From Bigelowiella natans CCMP2755 (Eukaryota > Protista > Cercozoa): a stretch of DNA of 64,000 bases. Within the stretch, counting starts at the first letter, position 1, and each line of letters begins with the position of its first letter. This document shows positions 14,329 to 26,535 of this stretch, piece by piece. The position numbers and the translations under genes are program-made. The DNA lies in assembly GCA_000320545.1 (NCBI GenBank), contig ADNK01001386.1, forward strand, positions 1 through 64,000. The letters run 5' to 3'. The notes below the pieces were generated by a model. That model was not told the origin of the DNA. It saw only the letters and a list, made by a program, of their open reading frames with translations, and ran no database searches.

Positions 14329-15167
14329 GTTTGCATTGAAAATAATGATTACATGGAATATCTTCGCTTGCGCAATATTTGCCAGATCGAAACTTATCCA
14401 CACCACAAGTCCTGTATTACACACCATAGTTATGATAGTTATATAGTTATGACTGCTTGCATCATAGATCAGCTTGCTCGATCAAGCCTCAGTTGATGAC
14501 GCGACATCTGCAATGTCATAATTTTGCGATGCTATACAGTCTGCATGAATCGCGGCCGGTTGTGAATCGGTCGAGAACTGCGTGTACATTATTTCTAGCA
14601 TGTGCGCAGCGCTGCATGTGATACGCTTATTGCTGCTGTGTATCATATTTATACATACAACTTAACTATAACTAGATGCATCGATCAAAGTAGGATACAT
14701 ATATAGTAGCACATGCAAACTAGCAAAGTCCAGTGTTGTCGTACGTACTACATAGTCTAGTAGTGCTAGAACAAGGGTGGATAATGTGGTGTGACAAAAA
14801 ATGGAATCAGCGATGTGTATATTGCTAGATTACTTTATGTGTATTGTGATGCTAGCTACTAGCCTATAAGCCATCGTATTGTTAGGTGCATAGGTGCGCG
14901 CACGAGCGATGTCGATCATCGAACACAAACGCTGGTACATGCATGGTCACGGTCTAGTGCTGGCGGCGGTGACCGAGCAGCTACATACGCTGCTGTATAT
15001 CACATGCTGTGCAGTATAAGTAATGGACACATTTCATTCACAATATATTACTATTATATTTGACAAGCAAGATAGAGCCAGCAATGATAACTATATCAGA
15101 TATCGGAAAAATACGTTGATGCTTTCAAATGCATGCAGCACATGACAATGGAAACGAATAGATTAAA

Positions 15168-15264
15168 TATCAGCGCTGTAGTCGCTGACTACTTTGCATG
15201 GCTACATCAGGATGACCATATAACCATTGAACAAGTTTAATTTGTTCATTACATCCGTCTCACG
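15168..15264 (-). repeat. Dispersed 3'-flank element, copy A
   Basis: Matches copies at 18118, 21388, 22039 and 26444 (GAGACGGATGTAATGAA...TTCAATGG...TCATCC..ATGTAGC...GCAAAG...CTACAGCGCT). Confidence 0.8.
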
Positions 15265-15382
15265 TTGATATGTGTTGCATAGGATCAGTGTCTTGCTATT
15301 TTATAGTACTTTTCGATAATATACTCTGCGGAGGCAGTTCTATGAATTCATTTTATCTTTCTTGTTATTTCTTTGATCTTAT

Positions 15383-16317
15383 CTAACCTTCTTGGAGTTC
15401 GTTCAAGGTTTCACATGCAGCCTCATAGCTCTTTTGAATTTCACTTGCTGCAGCTCTAAGTTCAGAATATTTTTTCTTTGCTCTTTCAAGCCTCGAGTTT
15501 AACTTGGAATTCTCACTCTCTACTCGCCGTTTTCCATCCTCAATTATTTCTAATCTTCTTTTCATAAAAGAAATCTGATTCTTCGTCTTTGCAACATCTT
15601 CAAGCGTGGTCTTCATTTTCTTCGCGTTTTCCTTTTCTTTTCTTTCTTTCTCTCTGAGCGAATGGATCAAATTCAGGTTATCTGCGCGAATGGTAGCCGT
15701 TGTTTTCTTCTCCATCTTTAGGTCGTGCTTCGCTGACTGTAGTTTAGCCTGGCACTTTTGCAGGTCGTCGGTAATTTTATCTGCCATTGTTTTCCATTTC
15801 TCTTCATTCTCTTTTCTTGTTTTTATGATTTGAAGATACTTCGAGTTCAATTCTGCTATAATTGAATCTTGTGTAAAGTGCTTTCTAGCATCCATACCGT
15901 TCACTCCATTGGTGCCTTCGGACTCTTGTTTTCCCTCTATTGCAATCGAACTGCCACTGCTTGCCGATTCAGTGGCCTTTTCTAGTCTTTCAATGACACC
16001 ATCTAACAACGCCCTGACAGTCAACGCGAGCTTTCTTAGTCCTTCACCGGAACCTTTCGAACTTGCACAATCTTCGCACAGACTAGAAGCTTCTTTCAAA
16101 TGGTCTTTCGCTTGGGCTGAGGCTAGCACAAGTTCTTTGTGCCTTTTGCTGAGCTCCACGAAGGAAGCTGCCGGGCTGTCATAATGGCAACTAATCATCA
16201 TTCTGACTTGCGAGATCCATTTCTCTCGTCAACACACAGAATCCCAAAATACCCTCATCACCATACACCTCATTTTCTGCGGTATGCTGACCTTTCGGCT
16301 GCTCCCTCGGCCGCCAT
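15383..16317 (-). CDS. Hypothetical coiled-coil protein
   Basis: Long K/E-rich heptad exon 15383-~16176. A short first exon MAAEGAAE(S) from the ATG at 16317 splices in frame (GT-AG). A small last exon may extend the gene to ~15290. Confidence 0.6.
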
Positions 16318-16403
16318 TAAGAAAGGTGGGATCAGTTACGGTTGACTTCTGTCAGCTGCTGCTATATTTTGAAAATCAAATAACCCAGAAACAACCTAAA
16401 CAA

Positions 16404-17156
16404 ATGTGCCACACTGCGAACAGCCTTCACAACACATGCTGCTTCTCTGCACCTGCGACTGGCTCATTATTCGCAGAAAATAACAATAAACAGGAAAGAT
16501 GGGGGGTAAAAAGGATGCGAAAAATGGGAAAATATTCTTGAGACACCCAACGCCCCAACTTTGTCATAGTACGACAACCTTATTGGTGACATTTAAAAGG
16601 AAAAATAGCTTGGTTTCTCGATCAAGAAAACAGGGAGTGCCTCTAGGCCCTCCACCGCGACCCGATTACATCCATCTACGATCAGCTTTCCCACCCTGGC
16701 GGGAAGATGTCGTCGATATTTAGTTCTGATACTCACAATTATTTTGGCGAATATTTTATAACCTACCTCAATGGGAGTAGAGGGAAAGGAATACAGGCGG
16801 GGATAATAATATCCCTCATCCTAGGTGATAAACTCGCACCATGCAAAAACCCAACATGTGAGCCACCTTATATTATTACAGGTACTCTAGGGGTTTCAGT
16901 TTGCACTTACGTCGGTCTATACATGTTCTTTGAGCGGAGAGGGCAGAGATCTTCAAGAAAACGGGGAGACCAATCAGTAGAATCGTATTCCCCTCCCATT
17001 TCTAGCGCAGAACTTGGGGAGCCGAGCTTGCGCTTGTCAGAGAATGGGATATCAGGCATGGATATGGATGAAGTCGCTTTGGCTGAATCTAGCCTATCTG
17101 AAGTAGCACTAGGCGCAGATACTAAAATCGATATGAGCGAAATGCAGGAAATATAG
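16404..17156 (+). CDS. Hypothetical small membrane protein, probably two exons
   Basis: Open exon from the acceptor at ~16646 to the stop at 17156, with hydrophobic segments (GIIISLILG; YIITGTLGVSVCTYVGLYMFF) and an acidic tail. A phase-compatible upstream exon starts at ATG 16404. Confidence 0.4.
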
Positions 17157-18117
17157 TATTCTGCCTGTCCTAAAATTCAGGATAATCTACTAACCTGGGA
17201 ATTCAACTAATCAGGAGTAATTACTGTAGAAACTTTGAAATGGCGTGTTGGAGTAGACAAAATTGTTCTCTACAGCACTTATCAGCTTCATACTTTAGAA
17301 TTAGGCTCTTGATACCCCTAAGTGAAGTTGTAAAACGTTCATTAGTGCATGCGTATAAACCTAGAAATGATTATATGATGAGTATGTACAAAAGATGTAA
17401 ATTGTTACTTAGTCCGTGTCCTTCTCTGTACACGTCTGCGGTAGTCGAGTATCACTATGAACGTAGCCCAGACTGTGATCCTATTTCCCTTGCGCAATGG
17501 ACTCAACGTAACACCTTGCGAGTTGAATGATGTCTTGACCTCAGTCTTTCGGCATTCGTGTCATGGCGCAACGCAGAGTTTGCGTTGATAGCACAGCAAA
17601 TAAAAATATTTGTAATACAGACACATGCGCAGGCGAGAAGCACAATCACGCACGCGCACGTACACGCATGCATCGCTATAGGTGTCCGTGTACGTTCACC
17701 GGCCCAGTTGAAATATATGGCAAAAATGCATGAATCAAGCTAGCAAGCGATTCAGAGCAATGGCACAATGATTCTAGACAAAAGAAGTCATGACCTACGT
17801 ACACACAGGGACCTACAGGGTCCACATACATGTGGTGGATGGCTAGATGGTCTGTGACATGCGTGCATCGACCACCCACGCTTCACATGTACCTCCAAGC
17901 TCATGTGTACATCGTACCACAAATCAGCGTACACATGAACATATGTATTTATGTGTGCATTGTTTTACGCGTGTACGTATATACACACATATAGGGACTA
18001 TAAGGGTCCATACATACAGCATTTTCATGAGGCTTGCAGATTCTAAAATAAGCTCTTCACACGTGCTTGTTCCAGTAGAACAAGCCATTGTCAAGATAAA
18101 AATTACTTATATGTAAA

Positions 18118-18170
18118 CATTAGGATGACCATTGAAAAGATTTAATTACTTCATTACATCCGTCTCACGT
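18118..18170 (-). repeat. Dispersed 3'-flank element, copy B (core only)
   Basis: CATTAGGATGACCATTGAAAAGATTTAATTACTTCATTACATCCGTCTCACG on the + strand. Confidence 0.8.
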
Positions 18171-18280
18171 AAAGCATGCGATTGCTACACGCTGAGGGGC
18201 TTTTTGATTCGAATATAAGTCGACAACCAACTACTACAGATCTTGGATTTCTTCAAGGAAATCGAGGGGTATGAAATTCT

Positions 18281-19379
18281 TTAGGTCTTCCTCATTATCA
18301 CGGTCGCTCTTCTGTCATTAGAAGAGATTATCACAAACAATTGAATGAAGCAAATAAGTTGTGGTACCATCGAAGTTTGGTTCTTGAAGTCAAGAATTTG
18401 CCGCTCAGAAATGCATATCTTTTTGTTATCCCATCTATCTAGGCTCCTTTTTATATTCTTCAATCGAGAGTTCCTTTGAGGAAGTATCTAGTAGCAAAAA
18501 TATGATCCTGATCAAATTGCACACGACGAGATGATGAGGTATGGACATATTGACTTTGTACAATGAAGAATTTCCCTGAGGTAGGTGCATCTGTTCGTCT
18601 CCTGAAGAGGGCGTTCGTGACAACGGCATTTCCCAAATAACTCGCTGAACACAAAGAATGTCAATCTAAACTCCCACTTTTTCATAGCTTCACAAATATA
18701 ATCGAATATTTTCTATTGAATGAGTTTCAGGAACCAGAAAAACACAAGTTTCACCTTCCTCTTGTGTGTATTTTTCCTGCGAAGTTTGGCCCTGTGCCTT
18801 TCCTTATATCGCTCATCAATCCTAGGTTTGAACGTGCTGTGTTCCTTCTGGTGCGTGAGTATTTAAATGTTTACCTAAGCCTGCGCTCGTCCGCCTTTTC
18901 AGAAACTCGCTTCTTTGCTGTTCGTATGCAGATATTTCGTGCAAATTGAGCACTATTTCCTTCCCACCAATCATTTACATTGATTTAAAAGCTGAGTTTA
19001 TCGTAGGTGCTACTATCTCCCATATCTTCACGTAGTATATCACCGGTTCTTCTCCCGGGGCGACTGTGCCGCTGTGCGCTCCTAAATTGTAGAACTTTTT
19101 CAGTTACAATTTCATGACGCATCAAGGTGCATTTAATTCCATACGGTCTCTCCATGAGATCTTGTATTTCACGCGTTCCCGTAAGTCTTCTAAAGGGAAG
19201 CCGATAGCCCTCCATCTGAGCGATTTGTACCTACGAGAAAGATGATCCTATGTCCTTTTCCGGCGGGGTTCAAAGAATCTTACCCCGCTCAATAGTGTTG
19301 AGACAATAACCAAACTAGCACAGCAAGGAGACGCCGTCCATCGGTAGAACTGGCTGCCCTGTACAGGGGCCAGCGCCAT
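18281..19379 (-). CDS. Hypothetical basic protein, multi-exon
   Basis: Chain of short open exons with GT-AG borders (MALAPVQGSQ..., QMEGYRLPFRR..., KPRIDERYKERHRAKLRRK...), including a 27-nt intron. No family recognised. Confidence 0.35.
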
Positions 19380-19655
19380 TCCAAGGTGTAGCCGTGCAGG
19401 CTCCGTCCAATAATCTTTTCGGGATCTGCGACGAATTGTTGTTGGGGGAACGAACGTACTAAATCGTTCGGAAAATCACGTAAAACACGATGAAAAATCT
19501 CGGATTCATCTGAGCAAATGTCTCATAGTTCACAATCATCAAAGAATGATTCGAAGTAAAATTTAGTACTTTATAGGGTAATATCTTGACTAAAATAGAA
19601 CCGGTAGTACCTCGGTGTCCACAGCAGGCAACGCAAAACACGATTGTATCTGAAT

Positions 19656-20162
19656 ATGGCTGACAGCGAAGGAAGCGTCCCGTTCCTGGCTCTCGACCCC
19701 TTCGCCCATAGACAATTTGATGCGAAATCGGGGAAGGGCATTCCTATCGAAGGATGCACGAAAGAGAACTTCATCAAAAAGGTATGCGTTGAGTTCAGTT
19801 ATGTACGAGTATCGAAAACAAAGACTGTTCTTCACGCACTGCTCGATAGGTGAATGAGCTCTACGAAGAGGCAAAGAAAAAGGTCGTTGCTGCTTATCAC
19901 GTCCAAATGTTCCAAGATTACATCTATATGTGCGAGAGAAGGAGTGGTTCGAAGACTTCAACCTTTCAATTGTCACCCATTCATTATGTCAGGAGACGGC
20001 CGTGCTGGTTGACGGATACGCACCCTTCTGCAAGCACATTTTCGTTCCCAACTTCACGCAAAGTAACACAGTAACGTAGTCATGACACCAAATAGGAGGG
20101 CCATTTCAGCATCATTTCAGCAGTTTATTACATTACATTGGTGAGGAATAAGTGGAGGAGGT

Positions 20163-20196
<34 letters not shown>

Positions 20197-20354
20197 GTGG
20201 TGGTATCGCAAATAAGTGCATTGAATTGGATATTTCCCCAGCTAAATCTGCCTATGTGGCCATAACTTCCGAGAACCGAAGCCTGCTTCAGTCTGAATAC
20301 AAGGCTCGGCGCCCCACGGAATTGGCAGTCCTCTCTCGCTGGTTTCCAAAGTAT

Positions 20355-20396
<42 letters not shown>

Positions 20397-21348
20397 ATCT
20401 CTCAGGCGAGTTGCACTGCTCATTCTCATTATGATCATCAGAGAGAAAGTCAAAGTTGGAGTGGCAAAGTATCTTGGTGATTATTTTTGTAGTACTGTGG
20501 TTAGGGAGTTCAATAGTGACGGAGAGGAAACATGAAAGCTGAACTGCACGTTGACATGCTGCTTTTCTCAATCTTTGTGCCTTCTTTTGTTCTTTGTTAT
20601 ATAGATCTAATTCTCTACAGCCGTGAACAGATCAACAAAGAGAACGAAGGTATTATGCATAGGAATGGACACATTCGGAAGAGATCACACTAATATTTTA
20701 CTGTTTCCCCGTTTAATGGACGCGATGTACGCAGCAATGGGCGTGAAGAATCCTGATAAGTCTCCTTGGGGTAATAGACCAAAACATTAGGACTAAAGTA
20801 TGGAGAATATGTGTAATGTCAGTGGTGAAATATAGCCACTGTTTCATGTCGGGCATAGACTGCTTGACGTAGATTTCTTTTTTTTTGTTTTGAGTGTATG
20901 TGCGTCCGCCTTCCGCTTTTTAGGAATTGTATCGATCAAGCCTCAGGATGAAGACCATGAGACTCCCATGCAGGTTGTCAATAATTGAATTCAATCACAG
21001 CAACGGTGAGGTGGCTTCCCTTACTTCTTACCACGGATACTGAACACACTTTGCTTCTTTGGGGATAATTCCTGCGATGCATTCCTCCTGGTTCATATCA
21101 CAATTTAGCCTATTACTATGATGAGAAACGCGCTCCCTCTGGAGCACGGAGGATCAGGAGAATCTTTGGATAAGAAGTAAGTAATTTATTAGCATATCTT
21201 GGATCAGTTACGTTGGAATTTTCTGTGTTTGAAAAATGTCTGGGTAGGGAAAACTATTGGTTGACACTTCATTAATCTTTCGATCTTACTTTCTAGGAAA
21301 TACCAAGAGGCTGTTGACTTTTGGAAGGCCCACGCAAATGTGCTTTAG
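19656..21348 (+). CDS. DUF3228 family protein, multi-exon
   Basis: Spliced motifs LDPFAHRQFD, LVDGYAPFCKHIFVPNFT, ARRPTELAVLSRWF, LILYSREQINKE, WGIVSIKPQ, PITMMRNALPLEHGGSG and YQEAVDFWKAHA; stop 21346-21348. Confidence 0.8.
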
Positions 21349-21387
21349 AGAAATAGACACAAAGAATGTTATACATTATATTTACAT

Positions 21388-21480
21388 ATGAGACAGATGT
21401 CGTGAAGTAATTACATTTTTTCAATTGTCATCCCAATGTAGCTGTGCAAAGCTGTGGCTATAGCGCTTATGTTGCATCTG
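21388..21480 (+). repeat. Dispersed 3'-flank element, copy C
   Basis: GAGACAGATGTCGTGAAGTAATTACATTTTTTCAATTGTCATCCCAATGTAGCTGTGCAAAGCTGTGGCTATAGCGCT, ~40 nt after the DUF3228 stop. Confidence 0.8.
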
Positions 21481-22038
21481 GTAGTTTCTGCAATGATATG
21501 TCATTCATGTTTGCAAATGCATTGGAACAATGAGAACATGGCGCTGTTAACAATAAGACGCACTTCGCTCCTAGTTTCATTCTCCTAGTTATTCTGATCA
21601 AACTCAATTGCATCGCGCAGCTCCTGCTAGCCATGATCGATGCTCGCAGAAAGCTAAGTATGGTCATTATTAAGTCCGATCGTAGCCTCTTGCTAGCTTG
21701 TCCAGCTGATAGAGCGAGCGACGAGAGCAAGGCAGACATCTATAGCTCTGCGTTGCCATCTAAGCCGGCATGCATACATGCCCGCTTGTGCCCGTAACGT
21801 ACATTGATCTTTTAAGTCATGACAGAATGAAATGCGTGTCAAGCACATGCATGGAATCGATCGAAGCTAACATTCTTTGATGCAAAATTGGATCGGCTCG
21901 AGCGCAGAAAATACGTAGCTAAGCTTTCTTTATTCATTTGTTTGTTCCAGCAATAAGACATACTTGCTGCCTGATACTAGGCGCGATGTGTGTAACAGGC
22001 ATGCTATACTCTATTCTAGTATTGCTTCTTTGAATATT

Positions 22039-22092
22039 TACATTAGGATGGCCATTGAAAAGATTTAATCACTTCATTACATACATCTTACA
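22039..22092 (-). repeat. Dispersed 3'-flank element, copy D (core only)
   Basis: CATTAGGATGGCCATTGAAAAGATTTAATCACTTCATTACATACATCTTA, near-identical to copy B. Confidence 0.8.
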
Positions 22093-22298
22093 CTCTATCG
22101 CCAACGATAGCCCGTATCAATGACATAATTAATGATATTGCATACAGCTCAAGAGCAACAGAGTCACACAATACTACGAGTACGTTACGGCATGGAGAGA
22201 GCGATGAATTGGGATGGCTATAGTCTTGTATCGGGATAATAACTGACAACACTGCAATGTTGCATAGACTAATTTACCCGGGCCGAACCTGAAGAAGC

Positions 22299-23271
22299 CT
22301 ACAACTTTGAAAATATTGGCGTTTTCTTCGCCAGCTTGCCTGCGAAGGACTTCGCAATGTCCTCTGATAGAAGCATGGACATATTCCTGTTGATTGAATG
22401 AGAGCAAAAGCTAGCATCAGCGTGACCACAATGGGATGAACGACTTTCCACCAGCAAGCAACGCCTTCAATGAGTTTAGGGTCAACTGACCAGTTTTTGA
22501 TGAAATCCAGGCCCTCCTTCACACTATGGTCTCGTGCGTGCACCAAGGCCTGAGAGAATTGTAGCCGTTGTTACATTACGCATCTTCGTGCATTGATAAA
22601 ATTGGTTCACCATTTTTGTGCCTTGTACTGCCACGGGGCTCTTAGAAGCGATGAGTTTCGCCATGCCCAAAGCACTGGAGGGTAGGATAGGGTGTCGTGG
22701 GGTGAGCTGACTCATTGGGTGTGGAAAGATCGAAAAGGTTGGTGAATTTTGAACTTCTACGGTTGTGGAGAAAATTCTCTTGCTACTTTGCCATCATAGC
22801 TTTCTTATCAGGGAAAACTCGGCTCACTAGACCACACTCCTTAGCCTACCCAAACAACCAGAATTTGCTTTAGGAAAGTTGATTTCGGACATTGTAGCTG
22901 TAATTTCGAAGAAGTTTTAAATTCAAGGATAGAGTCGTGCTTCGTTATTTTGGCTATCTTGAACTACCTCAGCAGCAAACATCTTTCTCGCAGTAAAGCA
23001 AAGCTCCCTCACAAGCGATTCGCTCCTCACCACCTTAGAGAATTGGTGCGCAGTACCAACAAAGATATTTTCAGTATCCTCGGTACACTCCTTCATATTA
23101 CTCTTCAATAGCCTCTAAATATTGTTTTCATCATCATCCACCGTACTTTTGGAAGTCTCTGGAGCGTTCCCACATCAGCAGCAAGGCCAACGTCAACCTG
23201 AATTGTTTGTTTCGGAAAGACTGTTTCCCAACTGGGTTTTCATAAAATAAAGGAACTATAGCACATATCTC

Positions 23272-23327
<56 letters not shown>

Positions 23328-24100
23328 CTTTGACAGTGAAGAAGGCGTTTTGGCTGCACAAGCGAATGTCGCCGGCAGTTATCTGAGTGTGATTTTCGAC
23401 TGTTGCGATTTTATGAACGATTCTCATAATAAAGAAGACGTACCATGTCAACTCCAGCACCGACACAGGCGCCATGGACAGCACAAATTACAGGCTTTGG
23501 ACATCGCTATTTAGAAAATAGGCAACAAAGATTTCGCGGTTTCAGGGTTATGTGCGCTGTGTTCGGCCGATTGGCACGTAGACCTCAATAGATGTGAACG
23601 ACTCTTGGTAGTTTTCTATCGTCTCCCGTTTTGAATATGCCATTCGAGCGATATCTTGATCTTCATCCATATCACTTTGAAATAGAGACATGTGGTCTTT
23701 GAGGTCGATTCCCGCCGTGAAAACCTATCAACACAAAGGAGATTTTTGTTCGTTTTTCGTAGACCGATGGGCGGAAGAAAGCAAGCAACTGGTTGTTACC
23801 CTGCCAGTGGCGCTGAGGACAATAGTACGCACATCTTTGTCCGAGCCCAGTCTAGTAAAACATTCCCTGCATTCCTTCCAAAAGAGGCGGTTCATCGCTG
23901 AGAGCAAGCATATAGCCTCATAAAACTACTCACACATATACTTAGAACACCCTCAAGACATTTCTCTCCTAAAACACACGCACACACACACCGTTTAGCT
24001 TTTTGGGCCGATTAATCTCAACTAGCTTGACGAAAGGGGAAGGCGTTGAGACTCGGATGGTCTTTAAGTCGGCATACCGCCCGACTTCCATGGACGCCAT
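22299..24100 (-). CDS. ECH1: Delta(3,5)-Delta(2,4)-dienoyl-CoA isomerase (crotonase family), peroxisomal
   Basis: Spliced motifs VEINRPKKLN, FTAGIDL, CPKPVICAVHGACVGAGVDM, DIRLCSQNAFFTVKEVDVGLAADVGTLQRLPK, IASKSPVAVQGTK and ARDHSVKEGL. C-terminus ...TPIFSKL* is a PTS1 signal. Confidence 0.9.
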
Positions 24101-24300
24101 TGTGTTGAGTGAGCGCCTCGCTCTACGCCAGCGACAAGTCCCCAGTCCAGACGCAGTTAAGAACTGAAGGGGATTTTCTAATTGGGAACAAAATTTCGTC
24201 ATGGAGAGTTGACGCTGGAAGGAAATCCCCTTCCTATCTGAATTGTTTTGCACAAATTACGGGACGCTCCGGTCGGAAATTTCCGGGCCCGAAGAAAGGC

Positions 24301-26205
24301 ATGCAACTTTCCGAGAGGATTCTCACGGCGGCCGTGGCCACGCCGCCCGGTACAACCGTGAGACGGCAACTACTTCAGTTTTCATCAAACCAAGTAGTAG
24401 TACACTCACGCGTAGAAGGAAATCAATCAGAGGCGTGGAGCAGGCTAACAACGTTGATGCGGAAAAACGTCACCTTGACGGAAAAGGGAGCTCTGGCCCT
24501 GGGGTCTACCCAGTCCAAATGTCTCGACCTTTTCACCTCGGGCCTTCTTCGAAAAACTGAGAGCAAAAGAGTTAAAAGCATGGTTAAAGCTGCATGGGAA
24601 GAGGATGCCGTTTTGACAATGAAGATCCTTCTCCACGCTAGGGACTGCCGAGGGGGTAAAGGAGAGCGTAAAGTTGTCAACCATGCTCTTCAATGGCTTC
24701 GAGAAGAAAAACCAAACACTTACCGAGAGAACCTAAAGTCTTTCATTGAAATGGGTTGTTACCGTGACTTACTCGAAATTGCTTCAGAAGCAAAACCGAG
24801 ATCATCTGCTGGAGGAAAGAAAGATTGCTATGAGCTCGAGATGATGGCCGAACAACTCTCTCTCGATTTCGAAAAGCTACAGAAGAAAAAAGCCAAAATT
24901 GCAGAAAACTGCGCAAGTGTTTCATCCAAGATTGAACAGAATGATGGAAAAGAGAACGTAGAGCCGAATCTTCATGATGCTAAGACTGAGACGAGCAGCA
25001 CAAAAACGGCTGCAGGTGTTTCGATCTCCCTTGCAGGTAAATGGGCACCGACGGAAAATGGCAAGTTTGACAAGAAGTATAAAATGGCTAAGCGTCTGGC
25101 TGCGCTCCTCTTCCCAGAATCAAGTACTGCTCGAAAAGATTATCGAAAGATGCTAGCAGCCCTCCGTGAGCACCTGAGCATCGTCGAGTGTGCGATGGTA
25201 GCCAAGGACTGGAAGTCCATCGACTATTCTAAGGTTCCGGCTCGTGCTACAAAGCTATACTCTGGGGCATTCAGGAAACGCGATGTGGAGCGATATTCAA
25301 CGTTCATTGGCGACGTGAAAAAGGGCGTGAAGACAATAAAGCACAAGGGCCTGCAGCCTCATGAGCTTGTTAAATTTTTCCTGAAGCGTGCCAACGGACC
25401 CAATTCTGTGAAAGTTCCAGACAATAAGTGGGCATGCCCATCCTGTACCTTTCACAACGATGGACATCTATTGAGCTGCTCCATATGCGGAGCACGTCGC
25501 CCTCATACCAGCAGTGACACCTCAGATGTGGAGACTCTTGAAGCACAGTGGAAGGCTCTTGCATCGCGTATAAAAGCAAGTGGGGCCCTCAGAGACAGCA
25601 TTGCGGTCTGCGATGTTAGTGGGTCTATGCTTGGAGAACCAATGGAAGCTTCTATCGCTATGGGTATTCTCGTTGCCATGTGTGCGTCCGAGCCTTTTCA
25701 CGGGCGTCTAATAACTTTCTCAAAGCACCCACAATGGCATAAGATCCCTGTTGAAGCTTCCCTTGGGGAGATGGTTGCGAACCTGTCTAAAATGGACTGG
25801 GGGGGCAGCACTCGTATGGATAGGGTATTCAAGCTCATTATAAACACTGCTGTAGAGTACAAACTGCCGCAGGAGGCCCTCCCAAAGACTCTTTTCGTCT
25901 TCACTGACATGCAGTTCGATAAGGGCTCGGGAATGGGAGACAAGTACACCACACTGTATGAAATGGCGAAGAAGAAATTCTCCAAACATGGATATGAGCT
26001 CCCGAAAGTCGTGTTCTGGAACCTACGCGCTGCTAAAAAGGCTTTTCCAGTGGACAAGGATGCTCCGGGAGTGGCCATGGTGTCTGGCTTCTCAGCGGAT
26101 CTGCTGCGGACTTTCATGCAGCAAGGAGACTTCTTGACTCCTCTAGGACAGATGCTCAAGGTCGTCAAAACGTATAATGTGGCAATTCACAAAGATGAGG
26201 AATGA
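24301..26205 (+). CDS. DUF2828 (TROVE/Ro60-like) plus vWA domain protein with an inserted RanBP2/NZF zinc finger; intronless; start at 24301 or 24457
   Basis: Motifs TLTEKGA..STQSKCLDLF, ARDCRGGKGER, ISLAGKWAPTE, IDYSKVP, AVCDVSGSM (MIDAS), WGGST, LFVFTDMQFD, PKVVFWNL and MVSGFS; finger W-A-C-P-S-C-T-F-H-N-x6-C-S-I-C. Confidence 0.85.
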   Translation: MQLSERILTAAVATPPGTTVRRQLLQFSSNQVVVHSRVEGNQSEAWSRLTTLMRKNVTLTEKGALALGSTQSKCLDLFTSGLLRKTESKRVKSMVKAAWEEDAVLTMKILLHARDCRGGKGERKVVNHALQWLREEKPNTYRENLKSFIEMGCYRDLLEIASEAKPRSSAGGKKDCYELEMMAEQLSLDFEKLQKKKAKIAENCASVSSKIEQNDGKENVEPNLHDAKTETSSTKTAAGVSISLAGKWAPTENGKFDKKYKMAKRLAALLFPESSTARKDYRKMLAALREHLSIVECAMVAKDWKSIDYSKVPARATKLYSGAFRKRDVERYSTFIGDVKKGVKTIKHKGLQPHELVKFFLKRANGPNSVKVPDNKWACPSCTFHNDGHLLSCSICGARRPHTSSDTSDVETLEAQWKALASRIKASGALRDSIAVCDVSGSMLGEPMEASIAMGILVAMCASEPFHGRLITFSKHPQWHKIPVEASLGEMVANLSKMDWGGSTRMDRVFKLIINTAVEYKLPQEALPKTLFVFTDMQFDKGSGMGDKYTTLYEMAKKKFSKHGYELPKVVFWNLRAAKKAFPVDKDAPGVAMVSGFSADLLRTFMQQGDFLTPLGQMLKVVKTYNVAIHKDEE

Positions 26206-26443
26206 CGAATGAGGATGGCAAATCTTTCTAGTATCAAACTATGGTCGTGATGCTTAGCCTAGTAACAATTTTTGACAAACAACATGATGCATTGTTCAGT
26301 ACTGCTTTATTGACAAAATGATATCGATCCTAGAATTAAATACATAAGTAAAAAGTAATATGTACCAGGCTAACAGGGCATGTATCGCACGTACTTGGTA
26401 GACGCCAGCGTACGCACATGTAGACTGAAGCTACTCTATATGA

Positions 26444-26535
26444 TAAGACGGATGTAATTATATTAATAAATTAAATTTGTTCAATGGTCATCCTTATGTA
26501 GCTGTGCAAAGCAGCGGCTACAGCGCTAATGTTGA
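26444..26535 (+). repeat. Dispersed 3'-flank element, copy E
   Basis: TAAGACGGATGTAAT...TTCAATGGTCATCCTTATGTAGCTGTGCAAAGCAGCGGCTACAGCGCTAATGTTG. Confidence 0.8.

Noticed and set aside
18118-18170. 3'-flank element as a SECIS (contains AUGA and AAA)
   Set aside because: No 3' GA quartet at the proper spacing, and no in-frame UGA in the adjacent recognisable genes.
24109-24300. 5' extension of the DUF2828 ORF from the track's non-ATG start
   Set aside because: It falls in the divergent promoter next to the ECH1 start; family similarity begins only near 24457.
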